Part shown: positions 53,948 to 64,000 of the stretch, piece after piece
How the letters are laid out: each line of letters starts with the position of its first letter
Position numbering within the stretch: the stretch's first letter is position 1
Source of the DNA: Escherichia phage UoN_LDJ77_1
DNA: 64,000 bases
Sequence record: OK570375
Reading direction: 5' to 3' (one strand)
Notes under the pieces: generated by a model
The model's input: the letters and a program-made list of their open reading frames with translations, nothing else
Told to the model about the DNA's origin: nothing
Databases searched by the model: none
Program-made: the position numbers and the translations under genes

Positions 53948-54130
53948 TTATTTTGCCCAGGGAGCCCAAGGCGGAGGGTCAAGATGGTATGAAGCTAGTT
54001 CTTCTAGAAGAGCATCTGGGGCTTCAATTCCATAATTCTGTAATACTATACGGTATTCTTTCTTATAATCACTAGAATCATTCTGGATATTCGTAGAATG
54101 ATTATCTTCTAACATCTCAAATAAATCCAT
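53948..54130 (-). CDS. hypothetical protein (60 aa)
   Basis: ORF track. Confidence 0.4.
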   Translation of the reverse strand: MDLFEMLEDNHSTNIQNDSSDYKKEYRIVLQNYGIEAPDALLEELASYHLDPPPWAPWAK

Positions 54131-54138
54131 ACTAATTC

Positions 54139-54609
54139 CTAGCGATAAAAACCAAATTGACGATTAGCTTCAATAATCTTTCTTTCTTCTTCGGACATTC
54201 TCCAACGTAGTCCAACATCAAAATGAGCCCAGACCATCTTAACAAATGCATTTATATCTTTAATATCTTCAATAATGAATGTTTTACTTTTAGAAGGTTG
54301 ACTCACTAATTTAACTTTATCATCTTCAAACAGGTCAAAAAGACCATATTCATGAGCTCTTTTATAGCCTTTAATAGTTAAAGCTTCAGAAGAAGAAAAC
54401 GGTGAATCTGTATTCTGCAAAATATCTTCAGTATGCTTTATAATTAGAATAACATTTTCTGGATATTTTCTTTCTTTTATATCTTTAATTAAAAAATCCG
54501 GATTTTCTGCTAAAGGAATAATTAATGAGCATTTTTTACCAAGAGTATTTACTGATTTACCTTCTTTAGACATGAATTCTACTGAATAATGTTTTGCTAC
54601 TTCAATCAT
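54139..54609 (-). CDS. hypothetical protein (156 aa)
   Basis: ORF track. Confidence 0.5.
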   Translation of the reverse strand: MIEVAKHYSVEFMSKEGKSVNTLGKKCSLIIPLAENPDFLIKDIKERKYPENVILIIKHTEDILQNTDSPFSSSEALTIKGYKRAHEYGLFDLFEDDKVKLVSQPSKSKTFIIEDIKDINAFVKMVWAHFDVGLRWRMSEEERKIIEANRQFGFYR

Positions 54610-54767
54610 GTGATTTCCTTTTGCCTACTAATGGACCCATCGGGAATTTTGTTTTCCTGGATATATTTCTCATTTTCTTCCATCATTTTACTGCCAATTT
54701 TAAGAAGCAAATCCAGTGCTTCATTTGCTTTTGCTTTAGCCTCTTCTAACGTTATATCTTTGTTCAT
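54606..54767 (-). CDS. possible small ORF (53 aa) coupled by ATGA overlaps on both sides
   Basis: Hand-translated [37 protein letters not shown]... Confidence 0.3.
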   Translation of the reverse strand: MNKDITLEEAKAKANEALDLLLKIGSKMMEENEKYIQENKIPDGSISRQKEIT

Positions 54768-54967
54768 GATTTATCACCATAGATGTCTCTCATCAATTTA
54801 AGCGCTGAGCGTTCTAATTTCTTTTCTTTCTCAGCATTAATCATTGATTTCATCCATTCTTCCGATTCGTTCTGCATTTCTTTATTTGCTTGTTCAACCC
54901 AACCATCATCAATATACATTGAGTTTGGTCTATTGAACCATTCAAGAATCTTCTTGAGAGCTTTCAT
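54764..54967 (-). CDS. hypothetical protein (67 aa)
   Basis: ORF track. Confidence 0.45.
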   Translation of the reverse strand: MKALKKILEWFNRPNSMYIDDGWVEQANKEMQNESEEWMKSMINAEKEKKLERSALKLMRDIYGDKS

Positions 54968-55442
54968 TTATTTTACCTAAAACAATAGTAGGAGCATCGT
55001 CAAATTTATGAATTTTTAGCAAATTTGGATTTAACTTATTCCATAAAGAGGTAATAAAATATGATAGCGCACTTTCGTCCGTAATTATAAATTTATTTCC
55101 TTTATCTATTTTCCAATCATATATTGAATCATATGAATAGAAGGATAACGGTTTATTATTATTATAATATGCTTCACTAACATCAATATAGTTAGATTTA
55201 GTAAATGCTTGAATTGCCATAAATGGAGAATTTTGTACAGTTTCAATAATTCCGATCTTTTTAAGTTTTATTTCAACATCTTCTGGAATTGGCATTGAAA
55301 TAAAATCTTCTACTAGATACATGTTATTGTCATATCTTTTATCAATCATTACTGCTACGGTAATTGGAACATCCTTGACAAACGCCATACTAATACTATT
55401 GATAGACATTTCAAACAAAATTGCTTCCATAATTTTCCTCAA
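54942..55442 (-). CDS. hypothetical protein (166 aa)
   Basis: ORF track. Confidence 0.5.
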   Translation of the reverse strand: MRKIMEAILFEMSINSISMAFVKDVPITVAVMIDKRYDNNMYLVEDFISMPIPEDVEIKLKKIGIIETVQNSPFMAIQAFTKSNYIDVSEAYYNNNKPLSFYSYDSIYDWKIDKGNKFIITDESALSYFITSLWNKLNPNLLKIHKFDDAPTIVLGKINESSQEDS

Positions 55443-55780
55443 TCACAAGATGTAGATGAACAACTAGAATCACAAGAACTTCCACATGAATCACCTGCCC
55501 ATACGTGAACAGGAACATTTGTATCATATGAATCAGAACTAGACTGTGTTTTCTGTGCATTAGATGATGTAGTAGGTGTTGACCAGCGCCAGGGATTTTT
55601 ATAATATTCCTGGGCTTCTTCATAAGTCATAGTGACTGCTTCTACTGTTCCATCTCCCATATAAACATACTCAACTACAGTTAAAGGAAGGTAGTCATTT
55701 GAAATAGGAACTACACCTTCTCCGGGAGTTGTAGAGAAAAAATCTGTAAAGAAACTTTTAAACCAATTAAAGATAAACAT
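55439..55780 (-). CDS. hypothetical protein (113 aa) with Ser/Cys-rich C-terminal tail
   Basis: C-terminus [18 protein letters not shown]. Confidence 0.5.
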   Translation of the reverse strand: MFIFNWFKSFFTDFFSTTPGEGVVPISNDYLPLTVVEYVYMGDGTVEAVTMTYEEAQEYYKNPWRWSTPTTSSNAQKTQSSSDSYDTNVPVHVWAGDSCGSSCDSSCSSTSCD

Positions 55781-55986
55781 TACAAAAAGCCTTTCTTGAA
55801 TTCGACTTGCTTCTCACCATAATCATATCGAATTTCTGCATTAAATTCGACAGAACCATCTGCGTACATCATAAATGAATGCACAACAACTTCTGTAGAC
55901 CATGGTTGTAGTTCATATTTCTTCATTACGTGTCGTGAAATGATAATATCTAAATCTTCATTCGGTTTAATCCAACGATTTAACAT
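55780..55986 (-). CDS. hypothetical protein (68 aa)
   Basis: ORF track. Confidence 0.45.
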   Translation of the reverse strand: MLNRWIKPNEDLDIIISRHVMKKYELQPWSTEVVVHSFMMYADGSVEFNAEIRYDYGEKQVEFKKGFL

Positions 55987-56050
55987 AGCGCTCTCCTCTA
56001 TAAGATAATTCTATTATACCATACTCATTTTGGAAAGTAAACCATTTAAA

Positions 56051-56076
56051 TGAAAAAAGGACTCCCGAAGGAGTCC
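56051..56076 (-). terminator. intrinsic terminator downstream of soc (same hairpin as at 1165..1182)
   Basis: GGACTCC-CGAA-GGAGTCC with A6 on plus strand (U-run on minus). Confidence 0.6.
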
Positions 56077-56082
56077 TTAAAT

Positions 56083-56328
56083 TTATTCACCAGTTACTTT
56101 CCACAAATCTTCATTTGCAGCAATCCATTCAGTACGTTGATTTTCTTCATATACTGTAGAATATGCTGCTTTTTCTGAAGGGAATGTCTGGTAATGAGCA
56201 CCAGAAATTTTGTGAACGTCAGAATAAAGAGGGAAAGCTACGGAAATTTCCTTTCCTTCAATTTTCTTATTTCCATCTAATTTCTGCTCAAATGTTTTGA
56301 TATTAACATAACCGCGAGTACTAGCCAT
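56083..56328 (-). CDS. soc: small outer capsid protein Soc (81 aa)
   Basis: Sequence recalled as T4 Soc. Confidence 0.9.
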   Translation of the reverse strand: MASTRGYVNIKTFEQKLDGNKKIEGKEISVAFPLYSDVHKISGAHYQTFPSEKAAYSTVYEENQRTEWIAANEDLWKVTGE

Positions 56329-56396
56329 GTAATTCTCCTTTTATTTAAATTACATGACTATTTATAATAAATTCTCGCGGCTTTTAAGACGAGCTG

Positions 56397-56915
56397 TTAA
56401 TAACCTCGGTCTTGACGAGCGAAATTTTCAGCATTTTTCAGATAATAAAGTTTAAAGATTTCTTCAGCCGTAAGACCAAGACCTTGGAACATGTTCAGAA
56501 CGAAATGAAGAATATCAATCATTTCGAATTTAATTTCCAACTGGTCTTGTGGAGACAAATCAGTAATTAGAGTTTCACGGCGTTCACCATGTTGAGCTTT
56601 CCAAGGCTTCCATACAGCAGATGCATCTTTTTCGCCATTGCTCATACCGCCAAGAGAAGTTAGAAGTTCACGGAATTCATCGTCAATATAATCTTTCTGA
56701 TTACGCAGCCAATCAACAACTTCACCTGCGGTAGCCAAATCATCAGGATGACGGTTATATTCAGGTTTATCTTTAGCTAAACGAATCTGCAGAGATTTCT
56801 GCATGTCAAGCATTACCTGCAGCGGGTCTTTTTCATCACCGAGAATATCCCAATATTCATTTTGAGCTTTATCAGCGCCTTCGATCAGTTGACTACATTC
56901 GTTAAAGTAAGCCAT
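56397..56915 (-). CDS. 56: dCTPase/dUTPase gp56 (about 172 aa from second ATG)
   Basis: MazG-like NTP pyrophosphatase; AAAGGAAAA SD lies inside the longer track ORF. Confidence 0.85.
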   Translation of the reverse strand: MAYFNECSQLIEGADKAQNEYWDILGDEKDPLQVMLDMQKSLQIRLAKDKPEYNRHPDDLATAGEVVDWLRNQKDYIDDEFRELLTSLGGMSNGEKDASAVWKPWKAQHGERRETLITDLSPQDQLEIKFEMIDILHFVLNMFQGLGLTAEEIFKLYYLKNAENFARQDRGY

Positions 56916-56975
56916 TATTTTTCCTTTCAATTCATTAATAAGTTAAATAATTATATCATTTGATTATGTAAGCAA

Positions 56976-58315
<1,340 letters not shown>

Positions 58316-58340
58316 TATATCATCCTCAGCAATTTATTTT

Positions 58341-58370
58341 ATAATACCATAACAAGCTGAGAAAGTAAAC
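58341..58370 (-). promoter_or_regulatory. T4 early-type promoter (GTTTAC-N18-TATTAT) for ORF 57755..58315 and dam
   Basis: Same architecture as other early promoters in the window. Confidence 0.4.
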
Positions 58371-58414
58371 AAATTTATGAAATTTGTGATAAATATTAAT
58401 TTAAAGGAGGACAC

Positions 58415-58615
58415 ATGGCACAAAAATTAATGGCACTTGTTGATGCCATAAAAGGTAATAAAAAACGTATAGCTTTTACTATTTCTGCTATGGTAGGAAT
58501 TTTACTCTGGAACTTTATTTTATCACCCATTGCAATTGCACATGGTATTAATATTCCAGTAGTTACTCTTGATACATTTGTAGATTTAGCATTTGCTTTA
58601 GTTGGGTTGATTTAA
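58415..58615 (+). CDS. small two-TM membrane protein (66 aa), opposite strand, convergent with gene 61
   Basis: Strong SD AAAGGAGG 6 nt before ATG; two hydrophobic helices. Confidence 0.4.
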   Translation: MAQKLMALVDAIKGNKKRIAFTISAMVGILLWNFILSPIAIAHGINIPVVTLDTFVDLAFALVGLI

Positions 58616-59640
58616 ATCTTAGCATATTTAGATAGCCGCATTTTAGCCATCAACCCCTGGGCAATATTATTTTTCATATATTCCATAATTTGTTCAGGGG
58701 TTGCACCTTCCTTTCTAATCATATCATTAACATCTTTTGATTTCCAGGGAGATTTATCCCAAAACATAACCCTTTCTCCTGCATCAACTAATTTAGTCAT
58801 TCGCTTAATAGTGTCAGGATGACGAGGTTCATTATCTAAAACCCACACGCGTCTATCTTTAAATGGAACAACTTCTAGGTCTAATTGACCACCCGTAATA
58901 GCTATACCATTTTCAATAAAAAGCGAATCTATAGGTCCTTCTAGAACATATACATCACCATCTTTAACTCGTTCGACTCCATAGATTTTTGTTGCCTCAG
59001 GATAAGCTTTGATGGTGATATATTTTTGAGGAGCATCTTTCTTTAATGCGCGTCCTTGAAAAGACTCAGCTTTTCCATTAGCATTATAAATTGGAATAAC
59101 AAGACGAGGCTCAGAAATTTCCTTTTTGTATGTTCCCGGTGCTATGCTATTAACTAATTTAGGCCATTCGGTTGTAAACCAAAGATATTTCCATTTATCC
59201 TTTGGAATACAACGAGCTTTTACATATTTTATAATTGGATGGTCTTCCGCCAGTTTATCTAATCTAACACATGACGGAAGAGATTTAATTATTTTCTTCT
59301 CAGGATGTTTAGGAAGTTCTTTAGGTTTTTCTACTGGACGACTTTTACCTTTTTCTTTTCTTATTTCAAAGATATACTCACGATATAAATCAGGTTCAAA
59401 CTCCTTTAAATATATTCCGATTGGCGCATGATAGTTACAGTTATAACAATGAATATTTCCTTCATTATTATCACCATAATACCATCCACGGGCTTTATTT
59501 TGGTCGGTTTTTGAATCTCCACAAACTGGGCATCTAAACCGTAATTTAAAAGTTGAACTATTATTTACTTGTGTGAATTTAGGTAAATGAGCTAATGCAC
59601 GATATGCAAACTCATTATCAATCCAAGGTATTGATGACAT
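58612..59640 (-). CDS. 61: DNA primase gp61 (342 aa)
   Basis: N-terminal zinc-ribbon (CPVCGDS...CYNC) plus TOPRIM-like region; 342 aa. Confidence 0.9.
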   Translation of the reverse strand: MSSIPWIDNEFAYRALAHLPKFTQVNNSSTFKLRFRCPVCGDSKTDQNKARGWYYGDNNEGNIHCYNCNYHAPIGIYLKEFEPDLYREYIFEIRKEKGKSRPVEKPKELPKHPEKKIIKSLPSCVRLDKLAEDHPIIKYVKARCIPKDKWKYLWFTTEWPKLVNSIAPGTYKKEISEPRLVIPIYNANGKAESFQGRALKKDAPQKYITIKAYPEATKIYGVERVKDGDVYVLEGPIDSLFIENGIAITGGQLDLEVVPFKDRRVWVLDNEPRHPDTIKRMTKLVDAGERVMFWDKSPWKSKDVNDMIRKEGATPEQIMEYMKNNIAQGLMAKMRLSKYAKI

Positions 59641-59643
59641 TCT

Positions 59644-59808
59644 TTACTCTTCTTTTTCTTTAGATTCCTCTTTTTTCTTTTTAGGAATCTGTTCAGGACC
59701 TTTATTTACTACAGCACCTGATGTTGTTCCAGTAGAGATATTTTCAGGATTACCACCTGAATCTCCAGCAACCATATCTTCTTTGATAAATTCTTTATAT
59801 GTTTTCAT
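59644..59808 (-). CDS. possible small acidic/Lys-rich ORF (54 aa) just upstream of gene 61
   Basis: Hand-translated MKTYKEFIKEDMVAGDSGGNPENIS...; may only provide the gene 61 RBS context. Confidence 0.3.
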   Translation of the reverse strand: MKTYKEFIKEDMVAGDSGGNPENISTGTTSGAVVNKGPEQIPKKKKEESKEKEE

Positions 59809-59809
59809 A

Positions 59810-60166
59810 TTAACCTCTATTCATAAAAGCATTAAAAATTTGGTCATCAATAGATGGAATAGCAACCTTTTCGGCATCATTTAGCAAATCATTAATTTCA
59901 TCAGATAGCATAACACATGTGCCTTTATTTCCTGTAATTGTTACTGCACAATTACGAACGTTTTCTTTATTAAATTTTAGGTTAATATTTTCGTAATGAA
60001 AATCCTTTAATGCTGAATATATTTTTAAAATAAAATTGTCTTTTACTACAATAAACCCAACCTCACTATTAAAACGTGGTTCATGGAAACTGTAATAAAC
60101 CTTTTCATCTATAAAATCGTATGAAATTTTTTCCATTTTTAAATATGAAAATTCAGAACTATACAT
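59810..60166 (-). CDS. hypothetical protein (118 aa, 61.x region)
   Basis: ORF track. Confidence 0.5.
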   Translation of the reverse strand: MYSSEFSYLKMEKISYDFIDEKVYYSFHEPRFNSEVGFIVVKDNFILKIYSALKDFHYENINLKFNKENVRNCAVTITGNKGTCVMLSDEINDLLNDAEKVAIPSIDDQIFNAFMNRG

Positions 60167-60178
60167 ACTAACCTCTAA

Positions 60179-60472
60179 TTACTCACCTACCACTTCAGCG
60201 ATGATATTTTTATTATTAAAGTTTTTATCGCAATACAGAACATAATTATACTGCATTACACCACCAGATTTAAGTTGTTTTTGCACTTCAGCTTTCATTT
60301 CAGGACGATCACGTTCAACGATATTCATAATATCCGCTTCAATTTGAATTTCAACTTCAGTCTGATCTGCAGTCATAGACCATTCGCACAAATCTTTGTC
60401 ATAACCCGCTATAGCAGGCTGAGCAGCGCAAGAAGATAAAGCAAAAATTGCAGCAAAGATAAATTTTTTCAT
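60179..60472 (-). CDS. sp: Spackle periplasmic protein (97 aa)
   Basis: Signal peptide; 97 aa; position between 61 and 41. Confidence 0.8.
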   Translation of the reverse strand: MKKFIFAAIFALSSCAAQPAIAGYDKDLCEWSMTADQTEVEIQIEADIMNIVERDRPEMKAEVQKQLKSGGVMQYNYVLYCDKNFNNKNIIAEVVGE

Positions 60473-60532
60473 GATAATCTCCTCAGTAGTTTATGTTTAT
60501 ATAGTATCTCAATTTCCAATAAAAGTAAACAG

Positions 60533-60790
60533 TTATTTTAAAACTTCTGCATAATCACATGTTACAAACTGTTTCTCTAACTTGGCGATTTTACGAAAGT
60601 ATCTTTTGCATTGACGAATCTGTCGCTTTGTAGGGCGCACAGCAAACTTAATAAATTCCACTCGACCAAATGGAGGGCTTTCTTCTGCCGGAATATCTAA
60701 TACTAATTCCCACGTATCTGCAATAAGTGCTTTGAATTGAGTATTTTTCCTGACATTATACGGAGTAGGTTTAAATAAAACGATATGCAT
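60533..60790 (-). CDS. hypothetical basic protein (85 aa from internal ATG, 61.4 position)
   Basis: GAGGA SD precedes the ATG at 60788..60790, which abuts the dmd stop. Confidence 0.5.
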   Translation of the reverse strand: MHIVLFKPTPYNVRKNTQFKALIADTWELVLDIPAEESPPFGRVEFIKFAVRPTKRQIRQCKRYFRKIAKLEKQFVTCDYAEVLK

Positions 60791-60791
60791 A

Positions 60792-60974
60792 TTATCCTCG
60801 GCAATCCACTTCACATACCTTCTTGTCATCAATGAAAGCTTTAACTAGTGCTTTATTAACTTCAGCATATTGAGTAGTAGCCCATTGAACGTCATCTTTC
60901 ATCATTGTGATCTCTTTAGTAAACATGCTTTCGTTCTTAAACCACCCCATAAAAACTACCTTTACCAATTCCAT
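60792..60974 (-). CDS. dmd: Dmd antitoxin (60 aa)
   Basis: 60 aa directly downstream of gene 41; sequence recalled as T4 Dmd. Confidence 0.85.
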   Translation of the reverse strand: MELVKVVFMGWFKNESMFTKEITMMKDDVQWATTQYAEVNKALVKAFIDDKKVCEVDCRG

Positions 60975-61032
60975 AACAATCTCCTCATTTAACCAACAAG
61001 ACTACTATACCATAGTCTTGTCAGCTTGTAAA

Positions 61033-62460
61033 CTAAAATTTTAATTCATTTGCCAAAGCATCTAACTGAGCTCGAGCGGATTCGTTTCTTTGATAGCGAT
61101 TCTGTTCAGCCTGAATTTGCTGTGAACCTGCTACTTCGTTCACTTCAGTTGGAGTAGAATCTTGTTCAATTTCTACCCATTTCTGATTTCCTTTTTGAAC
61201 ACCCATCAAAAACTTATTCCATTTATTCTTATCACCGTATCGTGATTTGATTTGCTTAATGAGTTGTTGTTCAGCAGCTGCTAGCTCCTCGGTTTCAATG
61301 ACCGCAAGCATAAAATCAGCTGTTGCTGGAAGACCGGCAGATTCTGCAATATCGCTCATGTTAACATCAGAAGAATCCCAAGCTTGTTTACCAACCTGTG
61401 CTGCAGTCCAAAGAACAGTTTCGGTTTCAACAGCAAGAGCACGTAATTCCTCTGCAATGGCTTTAACAGTTGTGTAACTATTTTCTGAGTAAACTCTAAT
61501 GCGGCAAGATTTACAAATACCTAGATAGTCGACAATAATGATTGTTGGAACAAAATTCTTCTTGAGCTTTAATTCGTTTAAAAGCGATCGAAATGTATTA
61601 GCATCTGCTCCACCAGTAGGATACTGTTTAACTATTAAACGACCGAGAGTAGATTTCTCGCGCCATTTTTCCATTTTTCTTTTATACTCAGCGTAAGAAA
61701 TATGCCCGTCATCAATGTCATCAAGAGAAACATCAAGCATATTAGCATCAATACGTTTAGCACAGACTTCTTCTGCCATTTCCATGGAGATATAAAGAAC
61801 GTTATGACCAAGCTGTAAATAATCCGCTGCTAATGAACAAAGTCCTAATGATTTACCAACGTTAACACCAGCCATTAAAACGTTCAGTGTTCCTGTCTCA
61901 GCTCCGCCTTTAGTAATTTTGTTTAGAATTCTGAGTTTAAATGGAACTTTACGAGCTTTATTCATATAAGATAGCCAGCGTGCTTCGTAGTCATCCATCC
62001 AATCATGACCAACGTAGCTATCAAATGAAATTGATAATGCTTGACGCATGATATCAGGAATAGCACCTACATCTGGCATTTTCTTATTTCGTTTTTCCGG
62101 AGGAAGCTCAGCATTAGTTTGAATTTCGATTATTTTAGACGTAGCATTAAACATCGCCCTTTGCTGAACATATTTTTCTGTTTCTTTTACTAACCAACTG
62201 TGGTCTTCTGGAGAATCGGCTAGTTTTGAAATAAGTGTTTTTACACCAGAATATTCTGTTTCAGTAAATGAACTATTTTCTAATGCAACATTTAACGCAT
62301 TAATAGATGGAACGCTATGATACTCATTAACATGAGATTTAATTAATTTGAATGTATTTTTAGCTGGACCACTTTCAAAATATTCTGAATCCATATATGG
62401 CCAAACTTTTGAAAAATAAGCTTGATCAAATATGAGATGAGAAAGAATAATTTCTACCAC
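61033..62460 (-). CDS. 41: replicative DNA helicase gp41 (475 aa)
   Basis: DnaB-family motifs (GVNVGKS Walker A); 475 aa. Confidence 0.95.
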   Translation of the reverse strand: MVEIILSHLIFDQAYFSKVWPYMDSEYFESGPAKNTFKLIKSHVNEYHSVPSINALNVALENSSFTETEYSGVKTLISKLADSPEDHSWLVKETEKYVQQRAMFNATSKIIEIQTNAELPPEKRNKKMPDVGAIPDIMRQALSISFDSYVGHDWMDDYEARWLSYMNKARKVPFKLRILNKITKGGAETGTLNVLMAGVNVGKSLGLCSLAADYLQLGHNVLYISMEMAEEVCAKRIDANMLDVSLDDIDDGHISYAEYKRKMEKWREKSTLGRLIVKQYPTGGADANTFRSLLNELKLKKNFVPTIIIVDYLGICKSCRIRVYSENSYTTVKAIAEELRALAVETETVLWTAAQVGKQAWDSSDVNMSDIAESAGLPATADFMLAVIETEELAAAEQQLIKQIKSRYGDKNKWNKFLMGVQKGNQKWVEIEQDSTPTEVNEVAGSQQIQAEQNRYQRNESARAQLDALANELKF

Positions 62461-62469
62461 ACTTACTCC

Positions 62470-62832
62470 TTAAAAGAATTTAAATTTTTTCTTTGACCTT
62501 TTATTAAATGCATCTTGCAGTTGCATTGTAATACATTTTTCTACATGAGGAGTTAACTCAGCTTTTCTTTCTTGGTCAAGAACAGCAAAGTCCATTACAA
62601 CCTTTCCATCAACCCAATCCAGTTTAGTTACATACACTATATGTGTAGAACCATCTTCTAGTTTAATGACAATCTCCTGGATAACATTTTCCATAGCGGA
62701 TTTAATTATCTTAAGAGACTCATTAAAAAGACGTTCTTTTCTTTCTTCTTCCCCCTCCGAAGAGGGGGATTCATCGATAATTTCTAGATCTAAGTCTAAA
62801 TCATCTTTATTCATTAAATTCTTCCATATCAC
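62470..62832 (-). CDS. 40: gp40 head vertex assembly protein (about 120 aa)
   Basis: Position between uvsX and 41; size. Confidence 0.7.
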   Translation of the reverse strand: MIWKNLMNKDDLDLDLEIIDESPSSEGEEERKERLFNESLKIIKSAMENVIQEIVIKLEDGSTHIVYVTKLDWVDGKVVMDFAVLDQERKAELTPHVEKCITMQLQDAFNKRSKKKFKFF

Positions 62833-63988
62833 TTAACTGTTCGAGGTCAGTTTCTAAATCAGCAGCTGATTTACTTTTACTTTCTGGAGATTTAAATTTT
62901 TCAACCTTTGAGTTAATCAATTCATCAACTTCAGCTTCAACAATTTCATTACTATCAATAGCACCTAACTGATAAGCACGTTTAATAGCATCTCGGAATG
63001 GTTGATGCTTAAATAAAGGACCCCAGAATGTAGTGCAGTTAGTATCTTTTGCACGCCAAGATTTTTCTTCGCGAATCATCTCGCCGGTTTCTTCGTCAAG
63101 AAATTCACGAGCATACCAACCATTCTTAGGTTTTACTACAAATCCTAATTCTAGAGCCATATCTAACAATCCAGAATAAGGATCGATACCACCGTCAAAT
63201 TTAACATCAATAAAGAATTTACTTTTTTCTTTAACGGTACGAGATTTTTCTACATTTAGAACAAATTGATACCCCTGAAGATCAGAACCATCTTTAATCT
63301 GACGTTTACCGATAATGAATACAGTATCAGCCGAATACATTACGCCTGTACCACCTGTCATCACGGTTTTACTAAACATTTCAATTGTTTCAATTGTATG
63401 GTTAACCGCAACACACGGAATATTTTTAATGCTAAAATAAGGAGTAACGATACGGAATAATGACTTCAGTGATTTAGCACGAGTCATATCTGCCACAGAT
63501 TTTTCATTCAAGGCGTCTTCCGTTTCTTTCTTAGAAGCCATATTACCGATTGAGTCGATGAATACAATAACCTTTTCACCACGCTCAATAGCTTCAAGCT
63601 GATTCACCATGTCAATTTTCAGCTGTTCAACTGACTGAATCGGCGTATGAATTACTCGTTCCGGGTCAACTCCCATGGATCGCAAATAAGCTGGAGTAAT
63701 ACCAAATTCGCTATCATAGAATAGACAAACCGCGTCAGGATATTTGTTCAAATATGCCGCAACCATAGTCAAAGACATATTTGATTTAAAGTGTTTAGAA
63801 GGCCCTGCGAAAATAGTTAAACCAGACTGCATACCGCCATCAATCGCACCAGAAATAGCAATATTCAGCATTGGAATTTTTGTACGGATTACATCCTTTT
63901 CATTAAAGAATTTAGATGTAGTCAGTTCAGCAGTCATTTTAGAAGTGGAAGCTTTAATCAAACGGGATTTTAAATCTGCAATAGACAT
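62807..63988 (-). CDS. uvsX: UvsX recombinase, RecA-like (393 aa)
   Basis: RecA-family Walker A GPSKHFKS; sequence recalled as T4 UvsX. Confidence 0.95.
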   Translation of the reverse strand: MSIADLKSRLIKASTSKMTAELTTSKFFNEKDVIRTKIPMLNIAISGAIDGGMQSGLTIFAGPSKHFKSNMSLTMVAAYLNKYPDAVCLFYDSEFGITPAYLRSMGVDPERVIHTPIQSVEQLKIDMVNQLEAIERGEKVIVFIDSIGNMASKKETEDALNEKSVADMTRAKSLKSLFRIVTPYFSIKNIPCVAVNHTIETIEMFSKTVMTGGTGVMYSADTVFIIGKRQIKDGSDLQGYQFVLNVEKSRTVKEKSKFFIDVKFDGGIDPYSGLLDMALELGFVVKPKNGWYAREFLDEETGEMIREEKSWRAKDTNCTTFWGPLFKHQPFRDAIKRAYQLGAIDSNEIVEAEVDELINSKVEKFKSPESKSKSAADLETDLEQLSDMEEFNE

Positions 63989-64000
63989 TCATTTTTTCCA

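Overview
This window is a contiguous segment of a T4-like (T-even) coliphage genome. Most gene calls rest on recognising protein sequences and gene order from memory of phage T4; no database search was run. Layout: a minus-strand early/middle block (1..21900: rIII, gene 31, cd, pseT, alc, rnlA, denA, nrdB, nrdA, td, frd, 32, 59, 33, dsbA, rnh), a plus-strand late tail-fiber and lysis block (22005..32532: genes 34, 35, 36, 37, 38, holin t), then a second minus-strand early block (32533..63988: asiA, arn, motA, 52, ac, ndd, denB, rIIB, rIIA, 39, motB, dexA, dda, modA, modB, soc, 56, dam, 61, sp, dmd, 41, 40, uvsX). The phage looks T2/RB-like rather than T4 itself: gene 39 is one continuous 605-aa ORF, td has no intron, no segF lies between soc and 56, and gp38 is a glycine-rich adhesin. 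Most notable departures from the T4 layout: (1) nrdA is split into two ORFs by a free-standing HNH endonuclease gene; (2) nrdB carries a group I intron with a full-length I-TevIII-like HNH ORF; (3) about 850 bp between dam and gene 61 holds a PD-(D/E)xK nuclease-like ORF coupled to dam plus a divergent small membrane ORF; (4) an extra 115-aa ORF sits between frd and td. No tRNA, rRNA or CRISPR array was seen.
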